Shown: in pieces, positions 51,676 through 62,013 of the stretch
Layout: every line of letters starts with the position of its first letter
Numbering within the stretch: the stretch's first letter is position 1
Origin: a bacterium
GTDB taxonomy: Bacteria > UBA8248
Direction: 5' to 3'
NCBI GenBank assembly: GCA_965207065.1
Contig: OZ242260.1
Span: 320,001-384,000 of the forward strand
Length of the DNA stretch: 64,000 bases
Notes under the pieces: generated by a model
Database searches by the model: none
Told to the model about the DNA's origin: nothing
What the model saw: the letters and a program-made list of their open reading frames with translations, nothing else
Position numbers and translations under genes: made by a program

Positions 51676-54024
51676 CTACTCCCCCGTTCCCTCTCCCCTC
51701 ACCCGCTTCCCCTTCATCAGGAACGCGCCCAGGGCGGGCAGCAGCGCGATGGCGCCCACCATGTTGACCAGGAACATGAACGAGAGCACCGTGCCCATGT
51801 CGGCCTGGAGCTTGAGCGCGGCGAGAATCCAGGTCGCCACTCCCACGGCCAGCGTGAGGCCGGTGAGCACCACGCCCGCCCCGGTTGTGGCGAGCGTCCG
51901 CTCATAGGCGGCGGCGAAATCGAGCCCTTCCCGCATATAGGCGAGCAGCCGCCCGCAGATGTATATCCCGTAGTCCACGCCGATGCCCACGCCCAGCGCC
52001 ACCACAGGCAGGGTGGAGACCTTTAAGCCGATCTCCAGAAACGCCATCAACGCGTAGGCGAGCAGCGAAACCAGCGCCAGGGGCGCGACGATGCAGACGG
52101 TCGCCGCCACCGAGCGGAAAGAGATCAGGCAGAGCAGAATGACCGCCGCGTACACGTAGCCCAGGATCGGGAACTGCGACGCCTCTATCTCCTCGTTCGT
52201 CGCCGCCATCACCCCGACGTTTCCCGCCGCCAGGCGGAAGGCGACACGCTCGTCGCGCTCTGTTTCGTTGAACGCCTTAACGGCTGCGACGACCCGGCGG
52301 ATGGTCTGCGCCTTGTGGTCGGCGGTGTAGATGAGCACCGGCATCACCGAACAGTCTCCGTTCAGAAGGCCCGTGCTCGTCGGCACGAGAGAGACCGACT
52401 CGGCCAGCGCGTGTCGGTTGCGCGGCAGCGCGCGCCACTTGAGGTTCCCCTCGTTCCAGCCCGCGTTCAGCTTGCGGACGATTCCGGCGAGCGCGACCAC
52501 CGAGCGCACGCCTTCCACGTTGCGCATTCTCCACTCGAATTCGTCGATCAAGCGCATCACGCGGTAATCGACGCATCCTTGCGGTATGGTCTCCACGATC
52601 ACCGTCAGCACGTCCACGCCGATGTTGAAGCGCTTCACGATGGCGGCGGTATCGCGGTTGTAGGTGGAGCTTGCGCGCAACTCCGGCACGCCCTGGTGCT
52701 GGTCGCCCACGCGGACCTCGGGCGCATAGCGCGCTCCGAGAGCCAGCAGCGCAGCGGCGACGGCTATCGTCACCATCGCGGGACGCGGCCGGGCCGCCCG
52801 CGCGGCGCGCTTCCAGAGACCTTCCAGAAGTCCGGGCGAAGCCTTGCGCTCTCCTGGCGTCTCCGCTTTGAGATAGGAAAGCGCCACGGGCAGAAGGCCC
52901 AGGTTCGTCAGGATGATCGCCGCCACCCCCAGGCTGGCCGTGACGGCTATCTCCTGGATAACGCGCACGGGTATGAGCGCGATGGCCACGAAACCGATGG
53001 CGTCAGACGCGAGCGCCACCGCGCCCGGCAGCAGCAGGCGGCGGAAGCTCGCCCGCGCGGCGGGAACGCCGCCGCCCCCTTCGGCCTGCACGGCGTTCAC
53101 CATCTGCACCCCGTGGCTCACCCCGATGGCGAAGACCAGAAACGGCACCAGGATCGACATCGGGTCGACGCCGAAGCCGAGACCCGTGAGCGCGCCGAGC
53201 TGCCAGATGACCGCGACGAGGGAGCACGCCAGCGGCATCGCCGTGAGGCGGACCGAGCGGGTGTAGGCGTAGACGAAGAGGGCGGTGATCAAGACGGCCA
53301 GGCCGAAGAAGAGCAGCACCTGGGCTGCGCCGTCCGCAATCTCGCCCACGACTTTCGCGAACCCGATGATGTGGACTTTCGCCACGCCGCCCGCTTCGGC
53401 ATCTTTTCGGATGACTTCGAGCGCCCGCGCGACTTCCAGGTAATCGAGCCGCTCGCCCGTGTCGGGGTGAAACTCCTGGAGCCTCGCGCTCACGAGCGCG
53501 CCCGAGAAATCGTTCGCCACCAGCCGGCCCACGATGCCCGCCTTGATGATGTTCTCGCGCACCCGCGCGAAACCGGCCCGTGTCGGCTTGAAATCCGGCG
53601 GCAGCACGTTGCCCGCGACGATGCCGTCTTCCACCACCTCGTTGTAGCGCACGTTCGGCGTCACCACCGAATAGACCTGGGTGCGGTCGACCCCCGGAAC
53701 GAAGAACACGGCGTCGTTCACCTTCTGGAGCAGGGCGAAGAATTCCGGGCTGAAGATGTCTCCCTTCCGCGCCACGAGCGCCACCGCCACGCGGTCAGCG
53801 CCTCCGAACGCGGCGCGGTGCTTGACGAAGGTGCGCATGTAGGCGTGTTCGAGCGGGACCAGCTTGGTGAAGCCCGCATCTACGCGCAGACCCGTCGCCA
53901 TCCAGGCCATCGCCAGCGTGATGAAGGCGAACGCGGCGATCACCCAAATGCGGCGCGAGAACAGCGCGCGCTCGAGCAAGGCCGTAACCGGGGATGTCTT
54001 GGGAGTGGAGGAGGCGTCCTGCAT
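51676..54024 (-). CDS. RND/MMPL-family transporter
   Basis: Two-repeat RND topology; LVFAIGVSHGVQ, ALGVGIGVDYGIY; start at MQDASS. Confidence 0.9.
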   Translation of the reverse strand: MQDASSTPKTSPVTALLERALFSRRIWVIAAFAFITLAMAWMATGLRVDAGFTKLVPLEHAYMRTFVKHRAAFGGADRVAVALVARKGDIFSPEFFALLQKVNDAVFFVPGVDRTQVYSVVTPNVRYNEVVEDGIVAGNVLPPDFKPTRAGFARVRENIIKAGIVGRLVANDFSGALVSARLQEFHPDTGERLDYLEVARALEVIRKDAEAGGVAKVHIIGFAKVVGEIADGAAQVLLFFGLAVLITALFVYAYTRSVRLTAMPLACSLVAVIWQLGALTGLGFGVDPMSILVPFLVFAIGVSHGVQMVNAVQAEGGGGVPAARASFRRLLLPGAVALASDAIGFVAIALIPVRVIQEIAVTASLGVAAIILTNLGLLPVALSYLKAETPGERKASPGLLEGLWKRAARAARPRPAMVTIAVAAALLALGARYAPEVRVGDQHQGVPELRASSTYNRDTAAIVKRFNIGVDVLTVIVETIPQGCVDYRVMRLIDEFEWRMRNVEGVRSVVALAGIVRKLNAGWNEGNLKWRALPRNRHALAESVSLVPTSTGLLNGDCSVMPVLIYTADHKAQTIRRVVAAVKAFNETERDERVAFRLAAGNVGVMAATNEEIEASQFPILGYVYAAVILLCLISFRSVAATVCIVAPLALVSLLAYALMAFLEIGLKVSTLPVVALGVGIGVDYGIYICGRLLAYMREGLDFAAAYERTLATTGAGVVLTGLTLAVGVATWILAALKLQADMGTVLSFMFLVNMVGAIALLPALGAFLMKGKRVRGEGTGE

Positions 54025-54034
54025 GGTGAAAAGT

Positions 54035-55009
54035 CTATTCGGCCCGGGGCAGGCGTCTGGCCCCGAACTCTCCGAGCAGCAGCACCCGCCCATCAGGGAG
54101 TGCGAGCGCTTTGGAGACTCCCTGGCGCGAGGTCAGCGGCCGGAAGGCGGCGTCGGTCGATACGCTGCGTCCGCCGTCGCGGCTTACGAGCAGGGCGCCC
54201 TCGAGGCCGGTGACGAGCATGAGCTCGGGCTTCACAAGGAGCGCTCCCGTCAGGGTCGCTTTCGTCCCCGTTTTTACCTGAGTCCAGCTCTCGCCCCCGT
54301 TCTCGGAGCGGTACATGCTGCCCCGGAGGCCCAGCAGCAGCAACTCGTTCGCGTCGAGCGCGAGTGCGGAGAACCACGAGCCGGCGTAGGGCGAGGCGAG
54401 CTTGCGCCAGGTGCCGCCATCATCGTCGCTGCGGTAGATCGCGCCCGCCTCACCGGCGATGAACAGCCGACCCGGCCCTGCGGGAACGATTGCGTTCAGG
54501 TGGAAATCATCCTTGTCGATGGTTCGCGGCTTCCAGGTACGGCCGCCGTCGGTGGTGCTGAGAAAATAGCCGTACGCCCCCACCGCGAAGCCATTCCGTT
54601 CGTCGCGGAACCAGACGTCGAGCAGGGGGCGTTCTTCTTTCGGCGCGAAATGGACCACCCGCCAGGTCGCGCCGCCGTCTTCGGTGCGGAGGATGAGCGC
54701 GTCGTGCCCGACCGCCCAGCCGATGCGCTCATCGTGCATGTGCACCGCCGTCAGGAGGGCGCGGACGGGTACGCGGGCCTGCTTCCAGCTTGCGCCGCCA
54801 TCGTCCGATACCAGCACGTGGCCGCGTTCGCCGACCACCACCAGGCGCGCGCCCGCGAATGCGCCGTCGATCAGCAGGGAATTGGGCGCCAGCCGCGCGT
54901 GAACCGCCGGTTGGGCATTCGCCGCGCCTAAGGCCAGTAGACAGAAGATGAGGCCGGGCAGGATGCGCAGGCTCAATCTTCCAGGGATTCCGGAGGTCGC
55001 CGCAATCAT
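54035..55009 (-). CDS. YCF48-like/BNR-repeat beta-propeller protein
   Basis: Repeated S/T-x-D-G-G-x-T/S-W Asp boxes; VVGERGH, AVGHDA. Confidence 0.88.
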   Translation of the reverse strand: MIAATSGIPGRLSLRILPGLIFCLLALGAANAQPAVHARLAPNSLLIDGAFAGARLVVVGERGHVLVSDDGGASWKQARVPVRALLTAVHMHDERIGWAVGHDALILRTEDGGATWRVVHFAPKEERPLLDVWFRDERNGFAVGAYGYFLSTTDGGRTWKPRTIDKDDFHLNAIVPAGPGRLFIAGEAGAIYRSDDDGGTWRKLASPYAGSWFSALALDANELLLLGLRGSMYRSENGGESWTQVKTGTKATLTGALLVKPELMLVTGLEGALLVSRDGGRSVSTDAAFRPLTSRQGVSKALALPDGRVLLLGEFGARRLPRAE

Positions 55010-56364
55010 CTCCTGCCCATTCGGCGCAACGCCGAGGGCGTGAAACCCCTGGAGGAGTAGTTCGTGCCGAAGACGTTCATGGGATACTCGTTGTTGAGCC
55101 CCAGCGCGAGGTAGCGCCCCGCCTGGAGGTCGGTGTGAACCTCGAGGGTGTAGCCCAGCAAGGGTTTTTCGTAATAGTTGACGGTGTGCCCTTCCGACAC
55201 GCGCCAGAGCTGATCCCGGTTGTCGTAGATGTCCGCCAGCAGAATCATCCACGAATCCTCATCCACGTAGAACCGCCGTTTCTTGTAGATGTGGCGCGCC
55301 CCTTCCTTGAGCGTCGCCTCGACCACCCAGACCCGGTGCAGTTCATAGCGCAGGTACTTCGGGTTGACGTGCAAGGGCTTCAAGACGTCTGCGAAGGTAA
55401 TCTTGTCGCTGTGGAGCTTGTAGCTGTTGTAGGGCACGTACATCTCTTGTTTGCCCACGAGCTTCCAGTCGTAGCGGTCGAGCGCCCCGTTGAACATGTC
55501 GAACTGATCGCTCGTTCGCAGTCCGTCCGCGGCGGTGCCCGGATTGTCGTAGGCGATGTTCGGCGCGCGCCGCACCCGTCGCTGGCCGGGGTTGTACACC
55601 CAGGCGTGTCGCGGCTCGGCGACCTGGTTGAGCGTCTCGTAGGCCAGCAGAATACGGCCCGCCAGCCGCGCGGGCGCCGCCACTTTCTGGCGGAAGAGAA
55701 TCATCCGGTTGTTGAGTTTCGCCTCCGTCATGCCCGGCAGGGAATATCGTACGAGGTAGGCGTCCTCGAGCCGGACGAGCGTGTAGTCGCCGCTCCGGGT
55801 GACGGCGGCCTGGCCGATGACGCGCGAGGCGGCTTCGCCCCGGAAGCGCAGCAGGTGGTTCCAGATCACCTCTGCCCCGTGTTTCGGAACAGGGAACGGA
55901 ACCCCGATCACCGCGCCTGTCACGCCGCTCCCCCCCGCTACGAGTTTCGCGGTGGCGGCGACGCGCTTCGTGGCGTCGTAGATGCGCTTCGGGAAGGCGG
56001 CGCTGCGCCGGGTCGGATAGACCGGAAGCTTAAGCGTCGGGTAGGTCTCCAGCATTTTCTGCAGGCCAGCGGAGAGTTTTCCCCGATGTTTATCCAGGTT
56101 CGCGCGGGTGATGGTGAAGAGCGGCTTGTCACCCGAATAGGGGTCGGGGTGGTGATCGCCGACCTTGTAGCCCGCCGGCGGGCTCGTGATGCCCCCCTTC
56201 CACTCCGGGATGGAGCCTGCGGCGTTGCCCGCCCGCTGTGCGCCGAGCGGGGTCAGGTCCTTGCCCAATCGGGCGATTTCATCAGCCGAAACCGCGGCGG
56301 AGGCGCTGGTCGCGACGAAGGTGAAAAGCATCGCGACGCCGATTCTCGATAAGATGGTTTTCAT
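55006..56364 (-). CDS. DUF1329 domain periplasmic protein
   Basis: LTPLGAQRAGNAAGSIPEW.GG, PFPVPK, WVYNPGQRRVRRAP, YELHRVWVVEATLK, FTPSALRR. Confidence 0.92.
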   Translation of the reverse strand: MKTILSRIGVAMLFTFVATSASAAVSADEIARLGKDLTPLGAQRAGNAAGSIPEWKGGITSPPAGYKVGDHHPDPYSGDKPLFTITRANLDKHRGKLSAGLQKMLETYPTLKLPVYPTRRSAAFPKRIYDATKRVAATAKLVAGGSGVTGAVIGVPFPVPKHGAEVIWNHLLRFRGEAASRVIGQAAVTRSGDYTLVRLEDAYLVRYSLPGMTEAKLNNRMILFRQKVAAPARLAGRILLAYETLNQVAEPRHAWVYNPGQRRVRRAPNIAYDNPGTAADGLRTSDQFDMFNGALDRYDWKLVGKQEMYVPYNSYKLHSDKITFADVLKPLHVNPKYLRYELHRVWVVEATLKEGARHIYKKRRFYVDEDSWMILLADIYDNRDQLWRVSEGHTVNYYEKPLLGYTLEVHTDLQAGRYLALGLNNEYPMNVFGTNYSSRGFTPSALRRMGRR

Positions 56365-56393
56365 GGCGGTTACCCCATTTTCATCGCTGTTGG

Positions 56394-58643
56394 TTAGAAC
56401 AGGTATTTGATTGTGGCGGAGACGAAGTCGCGGTCATTCACCTGGTTGTGCCTGCCGGCGCCGCCGAACATGGTGAAGCTCATGTCGAAATGCCAGCGGT
56501 TGAGATAGCTCGCGCCCAGCCCGAGGGTCACCGCGTACCGATCCTCGATGAACGGCCCGCCCGGTCCCGGGCTGGTTCCCTTCACGTCGTGCTGGAACGA
56601 CACGCGCGGCGAGACGTTCACCGCACCGATGGCGTTCAGGTACGACAGACGCGCCGCCATGCGGTAGCCGTAGGAGGTGGCGCTCGCGAATCGATCCTGC
56701 GGGTCCGTCGGGAGGCCGGCGTGCGCGCCCGTCGCCGTGGAATGGAAGGGATTACCGCTGGTCTGCGTGCCCGGCCCCTCGAGGCGGAGTACGCTTCTGT
56801 CCGGCATGTCGTGCACGTACATGAGCGCCGCTTCCGCGATGAACGCCAGGCTGTCCGCCCCGAGCGTCGGGCCGAAGACCTTGGTGGCCGTGGCCTGAAT
56901 CTGGCTCACGTCGCGTTCGATGTAGCCCTGGACGTAGGATTCCGGGAGGAAAACGCCGACCTGGTTCTCGCAGTAGCTGAAGGAATTCGCGCAAAACCTT
57001 TGGGTCGCGGGGTCGAGGGTGAGCGGCGTCAGGGCCGCGAAGAACACTTCGGCGTCGTCTATCTGCAGGGGCGCGTCCAGGCGGCGGGAATATTCGCCTT
57101 GCAGCGCCCAGCCCGAGGTGCCGAGTGTGGTGTTGAAGCTCACGCCCAGGAGATTGATGTCTTCGGGGTATTCGGCGAAGTAGCTCGCCGTCTTCACGTA
57201 GCGATCGATGGCCAGGAGACCGGCCATCCTGGTCACATTGCTGGTCACCTGTCTAGCGACCTCGCCGGGGACGATGCTGGCAACCTGCTGTTGGATGGCC
57301 GCCTGAATGGCCGCGGGCGGTGTACCGGGCGGGACTTGCGCCGTGACCGCAGCTGTAACCTGCTGAGTGACCGCCTGCGTAACCAGCGGGGTGACAGCCT
57401 GCGTCACCGCCCGTGTGGTCACGGAAGTGGGCGAGCCGACCGCCGCCGCCGCGAAGAGGCCGTCCGTCACCCCCTGCACCGTGCCGGTGCGCCCGCTCAG
57501 GACGGGCAGGCGGCTATGGAAGTTCACGAAATAGAAGCCGAACTCGGAGTTGTTCAAGCCATCGGCGAGGTAGCGCAGCGCGAGGCCCCACTGGCCCGAG
57601 TCTTCGGGTTCGCCGTCTCCTCCGCGGTATACATTCAGAAAATGGGGGTCGAAGACCGGCTGCGCTCTCTGGGGCAGGGACACCAGGGTACCCGGCGCCG
57701 CAGGGCTGGGAATCCGGAAACTCTGGAGGTCGGCGTTGACCGCCTGTGTCAGGCCAGGTCCCAGCGCCTCGTAGCTGAATCCCGTGTCGGGGATGGCCCC
57801 CCAGCCGAGCACGACCCTGTTCCCGCCCGCGCCGACGAAGTCGCTCGTCGAGAAGAAGCTGCCCGGCGGGTCGATCTCCGTCTTGTCCCACTTCACCTGG
57901 TAGAAACCTTCTACGGAGACGTTCTCGTTCAGCGAGGCCGAGACGGAGACCATCGGAACCGGCACGAGCCCGTCGCGCAGTTCCGCGCCCGGCGTTCTGA
58001 GCTTGGTCACGTCGAAGGGGTTGATGACGTTGATGCTGTTCTGGATGAACGTGCTCTCGCCCCAGCTGATGACGTGATTGCCGAGCCTGAGATCCACCGC
58101 CGCGGCGCCCAGGTCGAACGAGCCGGTGAGGTAGAGGTCGAGGACTTCGAAATCTTTTCCGACCAGGTCCTTTGCTTCCGGCGAGAGCTCGTTGCGCGCT
58201 CTGTCGCCGTTTTGGTTCTCGAAGTCGAAAAAGCCGTTTACGCGGGCGAAGGCGCCAAAGTTTCGGAAATTGAGGTCAAGTTCGCCGATGAACTTCGAAG
58301 CGTTGCTCACGATGCCGCTGTCGTAGTTGAGGTTCCCGTCGTCCGCGTTGACGGAGTTCGCTGCGCCGCCGTTCGTGGTGCCGATCAGTTTCTGGTCGCG
58401 GCTCCCGCCTCGGAAGGTGAAGCCGTGCGAAACCGTGATGTCGAGACTTCCCTCGAGTTCACCCTGCCTGAAATCCTCCGCACCCGCGGGCGTGGCGCAC
58501 AGGGCGAAGAGCAGGACGAGCGCGCATGCCGAAAGGCGAAACAAGCCGGAGATGGATATGAAAACGCCCCTATGGGAAAGGCGGTTCGTTGGCCGCCCGA
58601 CGCTGGTGCGACAGGCGAAGTGGCTTGAGTAATCTGGATGCAT
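56394..58643 (-). CDS. DUF1302 outer-membrane protein
   Basis: NADDGNLNYD, LGNHVISWGESTFIQ, INPFDVTKLRTPG, FFSTSD, DRDFVSATIKYLF; start uncertain. Confidence 0.9.
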   Translation of the reverse strand: MHPDYSSHFACRTSVGRPTNRLSHRGVFISISGLFRLSACALVLLFALCATPAGAEDFRQGELEGSLDITVSHGFTFRGGSRDQKLIGTTNGGAANSVNADDGNLNYDSGIVSNASKFIGELDLNFRNFGAFARVNGFFDFENQNGDRARNELSPEAKDLVGKDFEVLDLYLTGSFDLGAAAVDLRLGNHVISWGESTFIQNSINVINPFDVTKLRTPGAELRDGLVPVPMVSVSASLNENVSVEGFYQVKWDKTEIDPPGSFFSTSDFVGAGGNRVVLGWGAIPDTGFSYEALGPGLTQAVNADLQSFRIPSPAAPGTLVSLPQRAQPVFDPHFLNVYRGGDGEPEDSGQWGLALRYLADGLNNSEFGFYFVNFHSRLPVLSGRTGTVQGVTDGLFAAAAVGSPTSVTTRAVTQAVTPLVTQAVTQQVTAAVTAQVPPGTPPAAIQAAIQQQVASIVPGEVARQVTSNVTRMAGLLAIDRYVKTASYFAEYPEDINLLGVSFNTTLGTSGWALQGEYSRRLDAPLQIDDAEVFFAALTPLTLDPATQRFCANSFSYCENQVGVFLPESYVQGYIERDVSQIQATATKVFGPTLGADSLAFIAEAALMYVHDMPDRSVLRLEGPGTQTSGNPFHSTATGAHAGLPTDPQDRFASATSYGYRMAARLSYLNAIGAVNVSPRVSFQHDVKGTSPGPGGPFIEDRYAVTLGLGASYLNRWHFDMSFTMFGGAGRHNQVNDRDFVSATIKYLF

Positions 58644-58901
58644 GCCGAAGGTCTCCCCCTCTTTCGGTCAGTTTTTCTTTCCAGGTTGTTCACTTGTTCT
58701 TATTTAGATTTGCGCTCTGCAAGATATATGCAATGTCTCGGGCGAGTCAAGGGAAAATTAGCGCACCGTCGCTGAAAACAACGCCTCGCGAACAGATTTA
58801 GGGATAATGAAACGAACGCAAGGGCGACCACATTGGCAAGCATCCACACCGGCAAGTGAGACGCCGGACTTCCTGTCCGGATGCCTGCAGAGAAAGCGTC
58901 G

Positions 58902-59975
58902 CTACCGGACGCGTTTACCGTCTGGTTCGAAGAGATAGACGCGCGCCGGGTCAAACGTGATGTTGAGCTGCTCGCCTTCCTTGAAGCGATCGCTCGCCTC
59001 GACGACCGCGATGGTCGGGCGCTCGGCGCCGTGCTCGAAGTAGAGCAGCGTGTCCTTGCCGAGCGGTTCGACGAGCTGGATGTCGCACGAGAAGGCGGCA
59101 TCCTGGCTTCCCACCACGATGTGCTCGGGCCGCACGCCCAGGGTGTACTCCCCCGAAGGTACGCCCGCGTAGGCGTCGGGGAGCGTGTATTCGATGCCGA
59201 AGCCGCTGAAGGCGGGAGCGCCGTTCGAGTTATCCACCTTCCCCGAGATGAGGTTCATGGACGGGCTGCCGAAGAAATCGGCCACGAAGTAGCTGACCGG
59301 GTCGTTGTAGATTTCGAGCGGCGTTCCCACCTGCTCGATGACGCCCAGGCGCATCACCACGATGCGGTCGGCCAGCGTCATGGCCTCTTCCTGATCGTGG
59401 GTGACGTAGACGAAGGTTTTCTTGAGCTCCTCGTGGAGCCTGTCGATCTCGGCGCGCATCTCGCGGCGCAGCTTGGCGTCCAGGCTCGAGAGCGGCTCGT
59501 CCAGCAGGAAGGCGGCCGGGTCGGTGATTAGGGTGCGGGCCAGTGCGGCGCGCTGCGCCTCGCCGCCCGAGCATTCGACTGGCAGCTTGTGGAGGAGGTG
59601 CGTGATGCGCACCATGTCGGCCACCTCGCGCACTTTCTGCTTGCGCGTCTCGGGCGGCACCTTCTTCATGCGCGGGCCGAACTCGATGTTCTCCGCTATC
59701 GTCTTGTGCGGGAACAGGGCGTGCGTCTGGAACACCATGCCGACGCCGCGGTCACCGGGGTCGACGTCGTTCACGAGGCGCCCGTCGATGGAAATCTCGC
59801 CTGCCGTGGGCTCCTCGAAACCCGCGACCATGCGCAGCGTGGTCGTCTTCCCGCATCCCGAGGGTCCGACGATGACGACGAACTCGCCTTCCTCGATGGT
59901 GAAGTCGAGGTTCTTCACGGCCTCGATGTTCCTGCCGAATACCTTGCGTAAACCCTTGAGTTCGATTCTCGCCAT
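58902..59975 (-). CDS. Sugar-type (CUT1) ABC transporter ATP-binding protein
   Basis: GPSGCGKTT, CSGGEAQR, LLDEPLS, YVTHDQEEAMTLADRI, TOBE tail. Confidence 0.95.
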   Translation of the reverse strand: MARIELKGLRKVFGRNIEAVKNLDFTIEEGEFVVIVGPSGCGKTTTLRMVAGFEEPTAGEISIDGRLVNDVDPGDRGVGMVFQTHALFPHKTIAENIEFGPRMKKVPPETRKQKVREVADMVRITHLLHKLPVECSGGEAQRAALARTLITDPAAFLLDEPLSSLDAKLRREMRAEIDRLHEELKKTFVYVTHDQEEAMTLADRIVVMRLGVIEQVGTPLEIYNDPVSYFVADFFGSPSMNLISGKVDNSNGAPAFSGFGIEYTLPDAYAGVPSGEYTLGVRPEHIVVGSQDAAFSCDIQLVEPLGKDTLLYFEHGAERPTIAVVEASDRFKEGEQLNITFDPARVYLFEPDGKRVR

Positions 59976-59982
59976 TGTCCTA

Positions 59983-60885
59983 TTACCTCTTCACCATTCC
60001 GAATGTGAAACCTCGCACCAGGTGTTTTCGAATGAAAATGCCGATGACCATGAGCGGCAGGGTGATGCCCACCGCCAGAGCGGCCTGATGGCCGTAGACG
60101 CGGCCCTCGTCGGAGCCTTCGTATTTCGCCAGTTGAACGGGCAGCGTCACCACGTCCACCTTCGACAGCATGAGCGAGAGCAGATATTCGCTCCACGTCA
60201 GGATGAGGATGAACAGGAACGTCGCCACGATGCCTGAGCGTATGAGCGGGAATATGACCTCGCGGATCGCCTGCCACTTGGTCGCGCCGAGAATCTCGGC
60301 GGCCTGTTCGATCTCGACGGGCACCTCGTCCACGAAGCTCTTCGTCATCCAGACGGAATACGGCAGCGTGGTGATGAAGTAGACGATCACCAGCCCCAAT
60401 GCCGTGTCCATCAAATGGATGGCCGAATAATAGAGCGTCAGCGGCGCCGCCACCACGATGGGCGGAATCATCCTGAGCACAAGGAGTTGGAACATTCGTA
60501 TCTCGGATAATATCCGGTAGCGCGAGACCCCGTAGGCCAGGACCGCGCCGAAAGCGACCGAAAGCGCGGTGGCGGTAATGGCGATGTAGAGGCTGTTCCA
60601 GAGCGCCTGCCAGGGCTTGTTGGCCGAAGCCGACTCGTAGCGGGCGGTCTGCGTTTTCACATCCGTAGCGGTGCGGGGACTCTCGGGCCTGCCCCAAACA
60701 GCCTGGTAGTTGGCCCAGGAGGCCTCCTGCGACCAGTAGACCGGCGGCCAGGCGTGCCACTCCCAGTCGGGCTTGAACGAAGTGGAAACGATCCAGAAAA
60801 TCGGGAACGCCACGATCAAAGACCATATCAAGAGCATGGCGTAGCGGAATATCTTGAACAGGCGCGCCTTCATGACTCGGTTCAT
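59983..60885 (-). CDS. Carbohydrate ABC transporter permease
   Basis: TSFKP, EIEQAAEILGA (EAA loop), WSEY. Confidence 0.93.
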   Translation of the reverse strand: MNRVMKARLFKIFRYAMLLIWSLIVAFPIFWIVSTSFKPDWEWHAWPPVYWSQEASWANYQAVWGRPESPRTATDVKTQTARYESASANKPWQALWNSLYIAITATALSVAFGAVLAYGVSRYRILSEIRMFQLLVLRMIPPIVVAAPLTLYYSAIHLMDTALGLVIVYFITTLPYSVWMTKSFVDEVPVEIEQAAEILGATKWQAIREVIFPLIRSGIVATFLFILILTWSEYLLSLMLSKVDVVTLPVQLAKYEGSDEGRVYGHQAALAVGITLPLMVIGIFIRKHLVRGFTFGMVKR

Positions 60886-60887
60886 GC

Positions 60888-61850
60888 CTATGCCTCCGTG
60901 CGCGACGTTTCATGCAGGGCGTCGATCGCCCGCTTCTCGCGGCGCAGCACGTAGATAGCCGTGAGAACGATGAATATCATGATGACCATGACGACGTAGG
61001 ACATCGCCGCGCCCTTCGATATGTCGAACGACACCCAGGTCGTGAAATAAAGATAGATGGGTATGGTTTCGGTGGCGGTGCCAGGCCCTCCCTGGATGAG
61101 ACCCCACGTCTTTGGAAATTCGGCCATGGCTTCCAGGAAGCGCAATATGAGCGCCAGGAATATGACGGGTCGTAAAAGCGGGAGCTGGATCTCGCGGAAA
61201 ATCTGCAGGCGGCTCGCCCCCAAAATGCGGGCGGCTTCCACCGGTTCGCTCGGCAGCGATGAGAGCCCCGCCAGCATGATGATGAAGACGAAGGGCGTCC
61301 AGTTCCATATTTCCAGCAGAATAATCGTAAAGATGGCGAAATTGGGATTCGACAGCCATGTGAACTTCGAGAGGTCTCCCGGCAGGAAATAGCTCAGGAA
61401 CCCGTTGATGGGCCCTTTCTCGTACAGGAGCATGTCGGCGGTATAGGCGATCACCACGGGCACCGTCAGCATCGGGAGGATGAAGAGAATGTAGAAGAAC
61501 GCCTGCCCCCGGAAGGGCTTGTACATCAACAGCGCCAGAATGAAGCCGCTTATGAAGCAACCCAGCGTCGAGAGGCCCGCGAACAGGAGCGAGCGCCCCA
61601 TGGCCCTCCAGAAACGCCCTTCGGTCAACACCTCCTGGAATAACTCCAGCCCCACGAATTCCGCGTCGAACCAGGTGGAGAGATAGACCGTCCAGGAATG
61701 GAGCGAAAAGTATATCTGCAGGAGAAAAACGGGCATCAGGAACAGGAACAGGAGAATCAGCGGTGAGAGCGCGCTCCATTTGAATATGCGTACGCCCCGG
61801 GCGCGGGTGGAGCGTCTACCCTTGGGCTGCGCCATTGTGGCTGTCGCCAT
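60888..61850 (-). CDS. Carbohydrate ABC transporter permease
   Basis: WNWTPF..LAGL..EPVEAARILGAS, GGPGTATET. Confidence 0.93.
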   Translation of the reverse strand: MATATMAQPKGRRSTRARGVRIFKWSALSPLILLFLFLMPVFLLQIYFSLHSWTVYLSTWFDAEFVGLELFQEVLTEGRFWRAMGRSLLFAGLSTLGCFISGFILALLMYKPFRGQAFFYILFILPMLTVPVVIAYTADMLLYEKGPINGFLSYFLPGDLSKFTWLSNPNFAIFTIILLEIWNWTPFVFIIMLAGLSSLPSEPVEAARILGASRLQIFREIQLPLLRPVIFLALILRFLEAMAEFPKTWGLIQGGPGTATETIPIYLYFTTWVSFDISKGAAMSYVVMVIMIFIVLTAIYVLRREKRAIDALHETSRTEA

Positions 61851-62013
61851 ACCTCAAACTCCTACGATCTCGAATGAATCAGAGCGTACGCCGGGAACCA
61901 TTCGGAAGCGGTCATCGCGTCGGCGACCGGGACCGGCGATACTCCGCCGGCCCCGGCGGTCGAAACATGAAACCCCCTCCCCGGAGCCGCGCCCCGGGGA
62001 GAGAAGATTCGTC

